From an uncultured Chloroflexia bacterium (GTDB taxonomy: Bacteria; Chloroflexota; Anaerolineae; Anaerolineales; E44-bin32): a DNA stretch of 64,000 nucleotides. Below, one piece after another: positions 30,012 to 39,584 of the stretch; within the stretch, counting starts at the first letter, position 1; every line of letters starts with the position of its first letter. The stretch is taken from positions 35,236 to 99,235 of the forward strand of contig CAWFSV010000014.1 in assembly GCA_963818575.1 (NCBI GenBank), in the 5' to 3' direction. Below the pieces are notes generated by a model, which worked only from the letters and a program-made list of their open reading frames with translations, searched no databases and had not been told where the DNA came from. Made by a program: the position numbers and the translations under genes.

Positions 30012-31043
30012 TCATCCGGCCTTCCGACGCCGAGCGGCGGGTCCTTCGTCGATTTCTGGCGGCATCTCACGCGCCACGTACAACGGCCGGCCCTTGGCCT
30101 CGTCGTACAGCCGGCCGATGTATTCGCCCAGGATCCCGAGCGAGATCAGCTGCACGCCGCCCAGGAACAGGACGGCGATCAGCGTCGAGGCCTGGCCGAA
30201 GAAGGCCTCGTGCCCGATCAGGCGCATGGCGACCACGAAGGGGATCGCCAACGCGCTCAACCCGGCGCTGAGGAAGCCGAAGTAGGTCGCCAGCTGCAGG
30301 GGGAAGTACGAGAACCCGGTGACGGCGTTGATCGCCAGCCGGAGCATCTTGCGGAACGGGTACTTGGTGACGCCGGCCGTGCGGGCGGCGCGCTTGTATT
30401 CCACGCCGGTCTGGCGGAAACCGACCCAGGCCGACATCCCGCGCAGGAAGCGATGGCGCTCGCGCATGCTCTTCAGCGTGTCGACCACCTGCCGGTCCAG
30501 CAGGCGGAAATCGCCGACGTCGAGCGGGATCTTGACGTCGGTGATCCGGTAGATCAGCCGGTAGAAGACCGACGCCGTCAGGCGCTTGAACCAGGTCTCG
30601 CCCTCGCGCTCGGCACGCACGGCGTAGACCACCTCGAAGCCCTGGCGCCATTTCGCCATCAGGTCGGGGATCAGCTCGGGCGGGTCCTGCAGGTCGGCAT
30701 CGATGATCACCGCCGCCAGGCCGCGGCAGTGGTCGAGTCCGGCGGTCACGGCGATCTGGTGCCCGAAGTTGCGGGCGAACAGGATCGGCCGCACGTGGGC
30801 ATCGGCGCGCGCCAGCGCACGGATGGCGTCCGTCGAGCCGTCGGTCGAGCCGTCGTCCACCAGGAGCAGCTCCCACTCGATGCGCAGGGGACGCATGACC
30901 GCCGTCACGCGGCGGTGCAGTTCCGGCAGGTTGTCGATCTCGTTGAAGATCGGTGCGATGACCGACACCTGGATCGGGCGCGCCGCGGTGCGGCGTGCCG
31001 AGGCGGAGCCGCCGGCACTTCGGGGCCGCCTGGTCTCAGCCAT
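30012..31043 (-). CDS. Glycosyltransferase family 2 (GtrB/ArnC-like polyprenol-phosphate glycosyltransferase)
   Basis: PIFNE, VDDGSTDGS, ARNFGHQIA, DADLQDPPE, GDFRLLDR, two C-terminal TM helices, GEYIGR. Confidence 0.92.
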   Translation of the reverse strand: MAETRRPRSAGGSASARRTAARPIQVSVIAPIFNEIDNLPELHRRVTAVMRPLRIEWELLLVDDGSTDGSTDAIRALARADAHVRPILFARNFGHQIAVTAGLDHCRGLAAVIIDADLQDPPELIPDLMAKWRQGFEVVYAVRAEREGETWFKRLTASVFYRLIYRITDVKIPLDVGDFRLLDRQVVDTLKSMRERHRFLRGMSAWVGFRQTGVEYKRAARTAGVTKYPFRKMLRLAINAVTGFSYFPLQLATYFGFLSAGLSALAIPFVVAMRLIGHEAFFGQASTLIAVLFLGGVQLISLGILGEYIGRLYDEAKGRPLYVAREMPPEIDEGPAARRRKAG

Positions 31044-32310
31044 CCGCCACCGCCTTTCGGAGCGCCTCGAGCGTCGGGGGAATCAGCGCTGCCTGCCCCG
31101 AGGCCTGCATGGCGGCGCGAACGTCCTTCAGGCCATTCCCGGTGTTGAGGACCAGCACTCGCCAGTCCGGTGCGAGCAGGCCCTGCTGCTGCGCCTGCAC
31201 CAGCCCGGCGTACGCCGCCGCACCGGCCGGCTCGGCGAACACCGCCGCCTCGCGCGCCAGATCGCGCATCGCCGCCAGGATCGCCTCGTCCTCGACGGCC
31301 AGGTACGCGCCGTGCGTCTCGCGGGCGGCGCGCACGGCGCGCACCCCGTCGCGCGGCAGATCGACCGAGATGCTGTCGGCCATCGTCGTGGCGCTCACCG
31401 GCTCGATCGTGTCGGCACCGCGCACGAAGGCGTTGTAGACCGCCGCCGAACCGGTCGACTGGATGCCGAACAAGCGCGGCATCCGTTCAATCCAACCCAG
31501 GGCGAGCAGGTCCTTGAGCCCCTTGTGCAGGCCGGAGATGATGTTGCCGTCGCCGACCGAGACGAAGATCGCCTCCGGGGCGTCCCATCGCTGCCGCGCC
31601 GGATCGGCGGCCCCGCCGGCGCGGGTGAACTGCTCGCAGATCTCGAAGGCGACGGTCTTCTTGCCTTCGGCCGTGAACGGGTTGTAGCCCGTGTTGCGGC
31701 AGTACCAGCCGAACGCCTGCGCCGCTTCGAGCGTCAGGTCGAAGGCCTGATCGTAGCTGCCCTCCACCAGGAAGACCCGTGCGCCGAACATCAGCAACTG
31801 CGCCACCTTGGCCGGAGGCGCGGTCTTGGGGGCCAGGATGACGGCCGGCTGGCCTGCGGCCGCGGCCATGCCGGCCAGCGCCGCACCGGCATTTCCAGTC
31901 GAGGCGGTGACGACGACGCCGGCCCCGACCTGCTGGGCGCGCGCCACGGCCACCGCGCTGGCGCGGTCCTTGAAGGAGGCCGTCGGGTTGCGGCCGTCAT
32001 CTTTCAGCCACAGGCGCGGGACGCCGGCCTTGGCCGCCAGGCGCGCCGGCTGTAAGAACGGTGTCCAGCCCACGGCGCGTAAGGCCGTCCCGAAATGACC
32101 CGGATCGTCGACCGGGAGAAGCGGCAGGTAACGCCAGATCGAGGCATCGTCGGAAACCTCGATCGCCCCCGGATGGAATCGACGACGAATGTCGTCGTAG
32201 TCCAGCAAGACATCCAGGTTGCCGCCGTCCACCGGACAGGTGTAGGTGACCTCGGTCACACCGTAGGCCTTCCCGCACAGGGAACATCGGTAGCCAACGA
32301 AGCCGCCCAC
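31036..32310 (-). CDS. Threonine synthase-like PLP-dependent enzyme
   Basis: N-terminal CxxC..C, KDDGRNPTASFKDR, ASTGNAG, EGKKT, SVGDGN, EPAGAA, NTGNGLKD. Confidence 0.85.
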   Translation of the reverse strand: MGGFVGYRCSLCGKAYGVTEVTYTCPVDGGNLDVLLDYDDIRRRFHPGAIEVSDDASIWRYLPLLPVDDPGHFGTALRAVGWTPFLQPARLAAKAGVPRLWLKDDGRNPTASFKDRASAVAVARAQQVGAGVVVTASTGNAGAALAGMAAAAGQPAVILAPKTAPPAKVAQLLMFGARVFLVEGSYDQAFDLTLEAAQAFGWYCRNTGYNPFTAEGKKTVAFEICEQFTRAGGAADPARQRWDAPEAIFVSVGDGNIISGLHKGLKDLLALGWIERMPRLFGIQSTGSAAVYNAFVRGADTIEPVSATTMADSISVDLPRDGVRAVRAARETHGAYLAVEDEAILAAMRDLAREAAVFAEPAGAAAYAGLVQAQQQGLLAPDWRVLVLNTGNGLKDVRAAMQASGQAALIPPTLEALRKAVADG

Positions 32311-32311
32311 C

Positions 32312-33280
32312 CTACAGGCCTCGCTCGCCGCGCACGTACGGGATGCCGAGGGCTGACGGCGACCCGAGGCGTTTGCGCATCGCCTCGCGCGAGCCGATGA
32401 CCAGCACGAAGACGGTAAACAAGTAGGGAAGCATCTCCAGGAAGAAACCCCAGTACGGAAGATAGTAGAAGGGATTGCGGAAGGTGAGGATGGTCGTCGG
32501 CCCCTGGATGTCGAGAATCAGGCGCCGCAGTGCTCCAAAGGCATACGAACCCAGGGCGGCTCGGATCGGATCCCACTGGGCGAAGATCACCAACCCAATG
32601 GCGATCCAGCCGTACCCGGAAGTGGTCATCTCGCTGAACCAACCGGGCGAGACGGCCAGGCTGATGGTCGCGCCGGCCAGCCCGGCGAGCGCGCCGCCGA
32701 CGAAGACATACACATGCCGGAGCGCAATGACGTTGATCCCCAGGGCGTCGGCCGCGGCGGGAAATTCGCCGATGGCGCGCAAGTGCATCCCGGGACGCGT
32801 GCGGTTGATGAACATCCATGCGGCCGGGATGAGCAGATAGCCGATGTACACCATCACGCTTTGTCGGGTAAACAGGATCGGTCCCAACACCGGGATCTGC
32901 GAGAGAAGGGGCACGGTGTAGGTGGGCAGCAAGGCCAGTGCACCCGCCTTGCTCAGCCCTTCCCCCAGCACCAGGCTCAGCCCGACGCCGGCGAAGTTGA
33001 GCGCCAGCCCGCTGACCACCTGATCGGCCCGGAAGCGGATGGTGATGATGGCGTGCACCTGGCTCAGCAGGCCGGCGGCCAGCATGGCGACCAGCAGCGC
33101 CAGCCACGGATTCCCGGTGGCCACCACGGTGCTCATGGCGCTCATGGCGCCGATCAGCATCATGCCTTCCACGCCCAGGTTGAGCACCCCGGCGCGCTCG
33201 GAGAGAATCTCACCCACCGTGGCGAAGAGCAGGATCGTCCCGGTGGCCACACCCGCCTGCAGGATGATGATGGCGTCCAT
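32312..33280 (-). CDS. Nucleoside ABC transporter permease
   Basis: GEILSERAGVLNLGVEG, ADQVVSG, G.GWIAIGLVIF, LPYLFT. Confidence 0.9.
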   Translation of the reverse strand: MDAIIILQAGVATGTILLFATVGEILSERAGVLNLGVEGMMLIGAMSAMSTVVATGNPWLALLVAMLAAGLLSQVHAIITIRFRADQVVSGLALNFAGVGLSLVLGEGLSKAGALALLPTYTVPLLSQIPVLGPILFTRQSVMVYIGYLLIPAAWMFINRTRPGMHLRAIGEFPAAADALGINVIALRHVYVFVGGALAGLAGATISLAVSPGWFSEMTTSGYGWIAIGLVIFAQWDPIRAALGSYAFGALRRLILDIQGPTTILTFRNPFYYLPYWGFFLEMLPYLFTVFVLVIGSREAMRKRLGSPSALGIPYVRGERGL

Positions 33281-33283
33281 CGC

Positions 33284-34418
33284 CTATCCTTCCTGCGAGC
33301 GGCGGACGATCCGCACGCGGTAGTGCATCAGCAGATCGCTGGCGATCAGGCACACCAGGATGATCCCCTGAAGCATCTTGGGCACGCCGGAGGGCTGGAT
33401 CTCCCGGCCAGCCTGGATCAGTGCGCCGAACAGAATCGAGACCGGGATGACGGCCAACGGATTGAGCTTGGCCAGCCAGGCCACGATGATGGCCGAGAAG
33501 CCGTAGCCCGGAGAGATGGCACCTTGCAGCCGGTGGACCACGCCGGCGATTTCCGAGACACCGGCCAGACCGGCCAGCGCCCCCGAGACCATCAGCACCA
33601 GCACGGTGTTGCGGGCGATGTTGATTCCGGCATAGCGCGCCGCTCGCGGGTTGTCGCCCGTCAGGCGCACCTCGTATCCCCAGCGGCTGCGATAGATCAC
33701 CCACCACATCACGACGGCCGCCACGATGGCGATCAGCAGCCCGAGGTGCAGGGTCAGCCCGCGCAGTTGCGGATACTGCGCCGCGTAGTCGGTCAGCCGC
33801 GGCAGCCAGGCGGTCTGCGGGAATTGGCGCGACATCTGGAACCCGCCTTCGGTCCACACGGCGAAGATGAAGAAGTTGTTCCAGTTGACGGCGACGTAGT
33901 TGAGCATCAGGGTGGTGATGATCTCGTTGACGTTGAACTTGGCCTTGAGGTAGCCGGGCAGGAAGCCCCACAGCGACCCGGCCAGCATCCCCATGGCGAT
34001 CATGGCCGGGATCATCAGCCAGGGCGACGTCTCCGGCGGGAGCATGGGGGTCAGCACCACGGCGCTGGCGCCGAAGGCGCCCAGGAAGAACTGTCCCTCG
34101 GCCCCGATGTTCCACAGCTTCATGGTGAAGGCCAGGCACAGCCCGCTGGCCAGGAGGATCAGGGGTGTGGCCTTGACCAGCGTGTCGGAGATCACGCCGA
34201 CCTCGCCGAAGGCCGCCTTGACCATGTACGCGTAGGAGCGCCACGGATCGCCTCCCGCCGCGCTCAGGACCACAGCCCCCAACAACAGCCCGACGGTCAC
34301 CGCGCCCAGTGTGACTGCCCACCCGAGCCAGGGCGGCGCGGCCCCGCGGGGCTCGAGGCGAATCTCCAGCGGGAATCTCCAGACCGGGCGATGGACGGTC
34401 GGCTCGGACTGAGCTCAC
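33284..34418 (-). CDS. Nucleoside ABC transporter permease (apparent frameshift close to the start)
   Basis: WNIGAEGQ, NEIITTLMLNY, GYGFSAIIVAWL; the frame is open from 34414 but the GTG at 34418 is in another frame. Confidence 0.85.
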
Positions 34419-35987
34419 GCCGCACCTCCCTGCCCGGCGGGCAGGTCCGAAAGGCGGGTCCCGGTCATCATCAGCCCGATGGTCGCCGGGTCGGCCTCCC
34501 GCACCTCGCCCATGACTTCGCCGTTCGCCAGCACATACACCCGGTCGCTGAGGGCCAGGAGCTCCTCCAGCTCCTCCGAGACGAGCAGAATGGCGCCGCC
34601 CGCGTCGCGTTGTTCGAGCAGCAGGCGATGGACGCCCTCAATCGCTCCGACGTCCAGGCCACGCGTCGGCTGCATGGCGATCATCACCCTGGGCTTGGAC
34701 GAAATCTCCCTGGCCAGGATCAGCCGCTGCAGGTTCCCGCCGGACAGCATACGCACCGGCGTCTCCAGCGTCGGGACCATGATCTCGTACTCCTGGCGCA
34801 GCTCGCGGGAGCGCTCGCGTGCCCGTTCGCGGTCCATCCCCAGCCCGCGGGCAATCGGCGGCAGGCGATAGGCCTTCAGGATCAGGTTGTCGGTCACACT
34901 CAGGTTGGGGGCCGTGCCCACGTGCGTCCGGTCTTCCGGGATATGCGACATCCCGGCGTTGATCATCCTGCGCACCAAACCGGGATCGCGCGTGACGCCC
35001 GGCATCCCCACCGATGACCACCTTGCCATGCAGCAGGATTCGCCCGCCCGTGGACGGGCGCAGGCCGGTGATCACCTCGGCCAGTTCGCTCTGGCCGTTG
35101 CCGGCGATCCCCGCCAGGCCGACGATCTCGCCCGAGCGCACGTGGAGCGAGACGCCCTTGAGCGCCGGCAGGCCTTTGTCGTTGACGGCTTTCAAGCCGT
35201 CGATCTCCAGGACGATCTCACCGGGATCCCGGTGCTTCTTGTCGAGGGTGAAGAGGACTTCGCGCCCGACCATCAGGCGCGCCAGCTCGGCCTTGGTGGT
35301 CTCGCCGGCGGCCAGGCCGGCGGCGGTCACCTTGCCCTTGCGCAGGACGGTGATCCGGTCGGCGATGGCCATCACTTCGTGCAGTTTGTGGCTGATGAAG
35401 ACGATCGACTTACCTTCGGCCGTCATCGCCCGCAGGGTTTCGAACAACCCCTCGATCTCCTGCGGCGCCAGGACGGCGGTGGGTTCGTCCAGGATCAGTA
35501 CGCTGGCGCCGCGGTAGAGCATCTTCAGGATTTCCACACGTTGCTGCTCGCCGACCGACAGCTGCCAGATCTTGCTTTGGGGATCGACTTGCAGGCCATA
35601 GCGCTCCCCCAGGTCGGAGATGGCCCGCTCGTAGTCGTGCAGACGCAGGAAGAATCGCGGTTGGGGGAGCCCGAGCAGGACGTTCTCGGCCACCGTCTGC
35701 GTCGGCACCAGCATGAAGTGCTGGTGCACCATGCCGATGCCGTGGGCGATGGCGTCGCGCGGGGAACGGAAGGACACCGGATGTCCGTCGACCAGGATCA
35801 CGCCGGCGTTCGGCCGGTAGAGCCCGGTCAGGATGTTCATCAACGTGCTCTTGCCGGCGCCGTTCTCGCCCAGCAGGGCGTGGATTTCTCCCTTGCACAG
35901 CGTGAAATCGACGGCGTCGTTGGCCAGCACGCCCGGGAAACGCTTGCCGATGCCGCGCATTTCAACCGCGTTGGGCGCATCCAGCAT
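34415..35987 (-). CDS. Nucleoside/sugar ABC transporter ATP-binding protein, two NBDs (frameshift near 35015)
   Basis: GENGAGKST, LSVGEQQRVE, LDEPT, ISHKL, LSGGNLQR, QPTRGLDVGA. Confidence 0.9.
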
Positions 35988-36018
35988 GGGGGACCTCAGG
36001 CAGACGTGATGGGGAGTG

Positions 36019-36047
36019 GAGGGCCGGAGCCTGAGGCTCCGGCCCTC
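36019..36047. terminator. Stable hairpin between the BMP gene and ABC ATPase (terminator or mRNA-stabilising element)
   Basis: Perfect 13-bp stem GAGGGCCGGAGCC/GGCTCCGGCCCTC. Confidence 0.6.
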
Positions 36048-36067
36048 GTCACGCGCAGATCGTTCAA

Positions 36068-37336
36068 CTACTCGAGCGAAGGCAGTTCGGCGGAGACGCC
36101 TTCGGCCCACCAGTACATGCCGGTCTTGACGTCCGGATTCCATTCCTTGAACTGGTCGAGATCAAACTGCTCCAGGGAGACCCCATCGGCCAGGACGACG
36201 TTGCCCTTGTTGTCGCTGATCGGGCCCTTGAAGACGTCGAAGCGGGTGAAGGTGCCGGCCAGCATCTCGGCCATCGTATCCCGCACCTGCTGGATCACCT
36301 CGGGCGGCAGGCTGGCGACACCCGGGGTCAGTTCGTCGCCCTCCATGAAGCCGTACAGGCCCAGGCCGCCGGTGTCGGCATCGAAGTAGTCGAAGCCCGG
36401 CGTGTACGTCCCGTCGATCACGCCCTGAGCGATGGCCGAATACACCGGCCCCCAGGTCCAGTACGGAGCCGTCAGGCAGGCGTCGACCTTGCACGAGCCG
36501 GACCAGTCGTAGGTGATGCCCCACTTGCCCTTCTCCTGCGCCACGTCGGCCACGGCCGGCGTGTCGGCGCCGGTGAAGACGACCTGGGCGCCGGCATCGA
36601 ACAACGAGGCTGCGCCTTCCTTTTCCTTGATCGGGTCGTGCCAGGTGTTGATCCAGCGCACGTCCATCGTGCACTCAGGGCAGGTCTGCTTCATGCCCAG
36701 CGCGATGGCGTTGCCCAGGCGCAATTCCTCCGGGATCGGGAAGGTGGCCATGTAGCCCAGCTTCGGGTTCCCGTCGGCCTTGGCGCGCGCACCGGCCAGC
36801 ATGCCGGCCAGGTACTTCATGTCTTCCATGGCACCGAACAGGTTGCCGAAGTTGGTGCCGTTGGTCTTGTAGCCGCTGATGTGGATGAACATGCTGTCGG
36901 GGAACTCACCGGCCACGATCTCCATGGGATCCATGAAGCCGAACGAGGTCCCGAAGATCAGGTCGAATCCCTTGCGCGCCAGGCTGCGGAAGACCTGCTC
37001 CGACTCGGCGCCCTCAGGGATGTTCTCGATGTACGCCACGTTGACGTTGGGGACGTTCTCGGCGATGTAGTTCAGGCCTTCCCAGTGCGCCTGCGACCAG
37101 CCGCCGTCGTCGTGCGGTCCGATCAGGACCATCCCGACATTGAACATACCCTCGACGACTTCGGGGATCTGCAGGCCGGTCTCGACCGGGGCCTCGGTTG
37201 CGACCGGCGCCTCGGTGGCAACCGGGGCTTCGGTGGCTTCGGGCGGTGCCTCGGTGGCGCCGCCGCCGCAGGCCGCAAGGACCAGGGCGACGAGCGCGAG
37301 CAAGCTGGTGACGCGCCACAAACTCTTGCCTAGCAT
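36068..37336 (-). CDS. BMP family ABC substrate-binding lipoprotein (purine nucleoside binding)
   Basis: Lipobox LAAC, TEAP-repeat linker, DGGWSQAH, IFGTSFGF, YLAGMLAG, TWHDP; GAGGAGGAG RBS. Confidence 0.9.
   Translation of the reverse strand: MLGKSLWRVTSLLALVALVLAACGGGATEAPPEATEAPVATEAPVATEAPVETGLQIPEVVEGMFNVGMVLIGPHDDGGWSQAHWEGLNYIAENVPNVNVAYIENIPEGAESEQVFRSLARKGFDLIFGTSFGFMDPMEIVAGEFPDSMFIHISGYKTNGTNFGNLFGAMEDMKYLAGMLAGARAKADGNPKLGYMATFPIPEELRLGNAIALGMKQTCPECTMDVRWINTWHDPIKEKEGAASLFDAGAQVVFTGADTPAVADVAQEKGKWGITYDWSGSCKVDACLTAPYWTWGPVYSAIAQGVIDGTYTPGFDYFDADTGGLGLYGFMEGDELTPGVASLPPEVIQQVRDTMAEMLAGTFTRFDVFKGPISDNKGNVVLADGVSLEQFDLDQFKEWNPDVKTGMYWWAEGVSAELPSLE
37180..37258 (-). repeat. Degenerate 18-bp coding repeat (ATEAPV)n forming the lipoprotein linker
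   Basis: Translation ATEAPPEATEAPVATEAPVATEAPVET. Confidence 0.7.
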
Positions 37337-37420
37337 CTCAAACTCCTCCTCTTTGAGTGACCTTGTTTGTCGAACAGCGGCTGTCGTGCCGGTTCCTCGT
37401 GCGTCCACCTCCCTTCCGGG

Positions 37421-38377
37421 CTACGGGACGATCCGTGTTCCGGTTTCCCCTTGCAGGGCCCGCTCGATGTTCGCTGGATCGGTAATGAGGGCTTCTTTGC
37501 CCCCTCGGTCCAAGTACTGCAGGATCGCCCGGATCTTGGGCTCCATGCTGCCCCTGGCGAAGTGGCCTTCGGCCAGGTAACCCCGGGCTTCGTCGGCGGT
37601 CATCCGGTCCAGCCAAACCTGCTGGGGCTTATTGTAGTGCAAGGCCACTTTTTCTACTGCCGTGGTGATCAGGAACAGGTCGGCGCCGATCCCGGCCGAG
37701 AGGACCGAGGCGCTGAAGTCCTTGTCGATGACGGCTTCGATCCCGACCAGATCGCCTTGCTCGTCTTCGACGACCGGGATCCCCCCGCCCCCGACGCCGA
37801 TCACCACGTAGCCGGCCTTGATCAACCCCTCGATCGCCGGCTGCTCGATGATGCGCTGCGGGAGGGGAGAAGGGACGACCCGGCGCCAGCCGCGCCCGGC
37901 ATCCTCCACCACCGCCCAGCCGTCCTGCGCCTGGCGCTGCTTGGCCGCCGACTCGTCCATGAAGGAGCCGATCGGCTTGCTCGGATTCTGGAAGGCCGGG
38001 TCCTTCCGATCGACCAGCGTCTGGGTCACGACGGTGGCCGCCAGCTTGTCGATTCCCCGGGCGCGGAACTCGTTGTACAGGGCGCGCTGGAACATGTAGC
38101 CGATGGCGCCCTGCGTGTCGGCGCCGCAGTAGTCCAGCGGCACCATGTGCAGCTCGTGCAGCGCCAGCTCGGCGCGGCGCAGGATGAAACCCACCTGCGG
38201 CCCGTTGCCGTGCGTGATCACGACGTCCCAGCCGGCCTGAATCATCCCGGCGATGTGCTTCATCGACTCCACCGACGCGGCATACTGGTCGGGGATCGAC
38301 TTGTGCTGGGCGTCTTTGATCAGGGAGTTGCCTCCCACGGCGACGACGGCGACCTTCTTCTTCGGCGTACCTGGCAT
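37421..38377 (-). CDS. arcC: Carbamate kinase (YqeA-like)
   Basis: AVGGNSL, THGNGPQVG, PSKPIG, GWRRVVPSP, GGGGIPV, AVIDKD, GSMEPK. Confidence 0.95.
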   Translation of the reverse strand: MPGTPKKKVAVVAVGGNSLIKDAQHKSIPDQYAASVESMKHIAGMIQAGWDVVITHGNGPQVGFILRRAELALHELHMVPLDYCGADTQGAIGYMFQRALYNEFRARGIDKLAATVVTQTLVDRKDPAFQNPSKPIGSFMDESAAKQRQAQDGWAVVEDAGRGWRRVVPSPLPQRIIEQPAIEGLIKAGYVVIGVGGGGIPVVEDEQGDLVGIEAVIDKDFSASVLSAGIGADLFLITTAVEKVALHYNKPQQVWLDRMTADEARGYLAEGHFARGSMEPKIRAILQYLDRGGKEALITDPANIERALQGETGTRIVP

Positions 38378-38413
38378 TGGTGTCTCTCCTCCTTGGACAC
38401 GGCGCATGGCGAA

Positions 38414-38494
38414 GACAGCAGGCAACCAGCAACTAGCAACTAGCAACTAGCAGCTAGCCGCTAGCAGCTAGCTGCTAGATTGCTGGCTGCTGTC
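38414..38494. repeat. CTAG-rich heptamer tandem repeat within an inverted repeat (copy 1)
   Basis: CAACCAG CAACTAG CAACTAG CAACTAG CAGCTAG CCGCTAG CAGCTAG CTGCTAG (38423-38478), flanked by GACAGCAG/CTGCTGTC. Confidence 0.85.
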
Positions 38495-39475
38495 CTACCT
38501 CATCGTCAACGCCATGACCGCCTTCTGCGCGTGCATGCGGTTCTCGGCCTCGTCGTAGACCACGCTCTGCGCGCCGTCGATCACCGCATCGGTGACCTCG
38601 ACATTGCGGTCGGCCGGCAGCGGGTGCATGTAGATGGCGTCCGGCTTGGCCAGCTTCATCTTGCGTTCATCGGTGATCCACGACGAGTACTTCTGGATGA
38701 TCTTGGCCCCCTGCTCCTGATCGGTCGTGGTCATCATCGCCCCCCACGACTTGGCGTAGACGATGTCGGCATCCTGGAAGGCCTTCTCCATGTCGTCCAC
38801 CACCTCGAACCCGGTGCCGAAGCGGCGGGCCTGCTCGCGCGCCTGATCCATGATGTCCGGCATCAGCTTGAACTCCGGCGGGTGCGCCAGGACGACATCC
38901 AGCCCGAAGCGCGGCATCTGGAGCACCAGCGATTGCGGCACCGACATCGGCTTCTGGTAGGAAGCGGCATAGGCCCACGAGACCACCATCTTGCGCCGCC
39001 GCAGGTCACGGCCCTTCTTCTCGACGATGGTCATCAGGTCGGCCAGGATCTGGAACGGGTGGTAGACCTCGCACTGCATGTTGAGGATCGGAACGCGCGA
39101 GCTCTTCGCCACATCGTTCAGGTATCGGTTCCCGATGCCCCAGTCGACGTGGCGGATGGCGATCCCGTCGAAGTAGCGCCCGAAGATCTCGCCGATCTCC
39201 TTGGGGGTATCGCCGTGGGCGATCTGGGTGGTCTTGGACTCGATGAAGGCCGCGTGGCCGCCCAGCTGCGCCATCCCGGCCTCGAACGAGCCGCGCGTCC
39301 GGGTGCTGCTGAAGAAGAACAGCATGGCCAGGACCTTGTCGCGCAGGACGGCGTGCGGCTCCCCCAGCGCGCGTTTGCGTTTGAGGTCGAAGGCCACGTC
39401 CAGGACGGTCTCGACCTCCTCGCGCGAGAAGTCCAGGTCGCCGATCAGATCACGGCCGCGAAGATCCGTTTGCAT
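38495..39475 (-). CDS. ygeW: YgeW-like (knotted) carbamoyltransferase
   Basis: SSTRTR, NMQCEVYHPFQ, SWAYAASYQKPMSVPQS (YgeW/AOTCase-type loop), HPLPA, EAENR. Confidence 0.78.
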   Translation of the reverse strand: MQTDLRGRDLIGDLDFSREEVETVLDVAFDLKRKRALGEPHAVLRDKVLAMLFFFSSTRTRGSFEAGMAQLGGHAAFIESKTTQIAHGDTPKEIGEIFGRYFDGIAIRHVDWGIGNRYLNDVAKSSRVPILNMQCEVYHPFQILADLMTIVEKKGRDLRRRKMVVSWAYAASYQKPMSVPQSLVLQMPRFGLDVVLAHPPEFKLMPDIMDQAREQARRFGTGFEVVDDMEKAFQDADIVYAKSWGAMMTTTDQEQGAKIIQKYSSWITDERKMKLAKPDAIYMHPLPADRNVEVTDAVIDGAQSVVYDEAENRMHAQKAVMALTMR

Positions 39476-39500
39476 AGGTGACTCCTTGTCGATTCAAGCG

Positions 39501-39567
39501 ATCAGCGGCTAGCAACTAGCAACTAGCTAGCTAGCGACTAGCGACTAGCTCGATGCTAGCCGCTGAT
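39501..39567. repeat. CTAG-rich heptamer tandem repeat within a 14-bp inverted repeat (copy 2)
   Basis: ATCAGCGGCTAGCA (39501-39514)/TGCTAGCCGCTGAT (39554-39567) enclosing ACTAGCA/ACTAGCG-type units; 8 CTAG. Confidence 0.85.
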
Positions 39568-39584
39568 TGCTGGTCGCTGGCTCC

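Noticed and set aside
38414-39567. Repeats considered as a CRISPR array
   Set aside because: 7-bp units with no unique spacers and no cas genes
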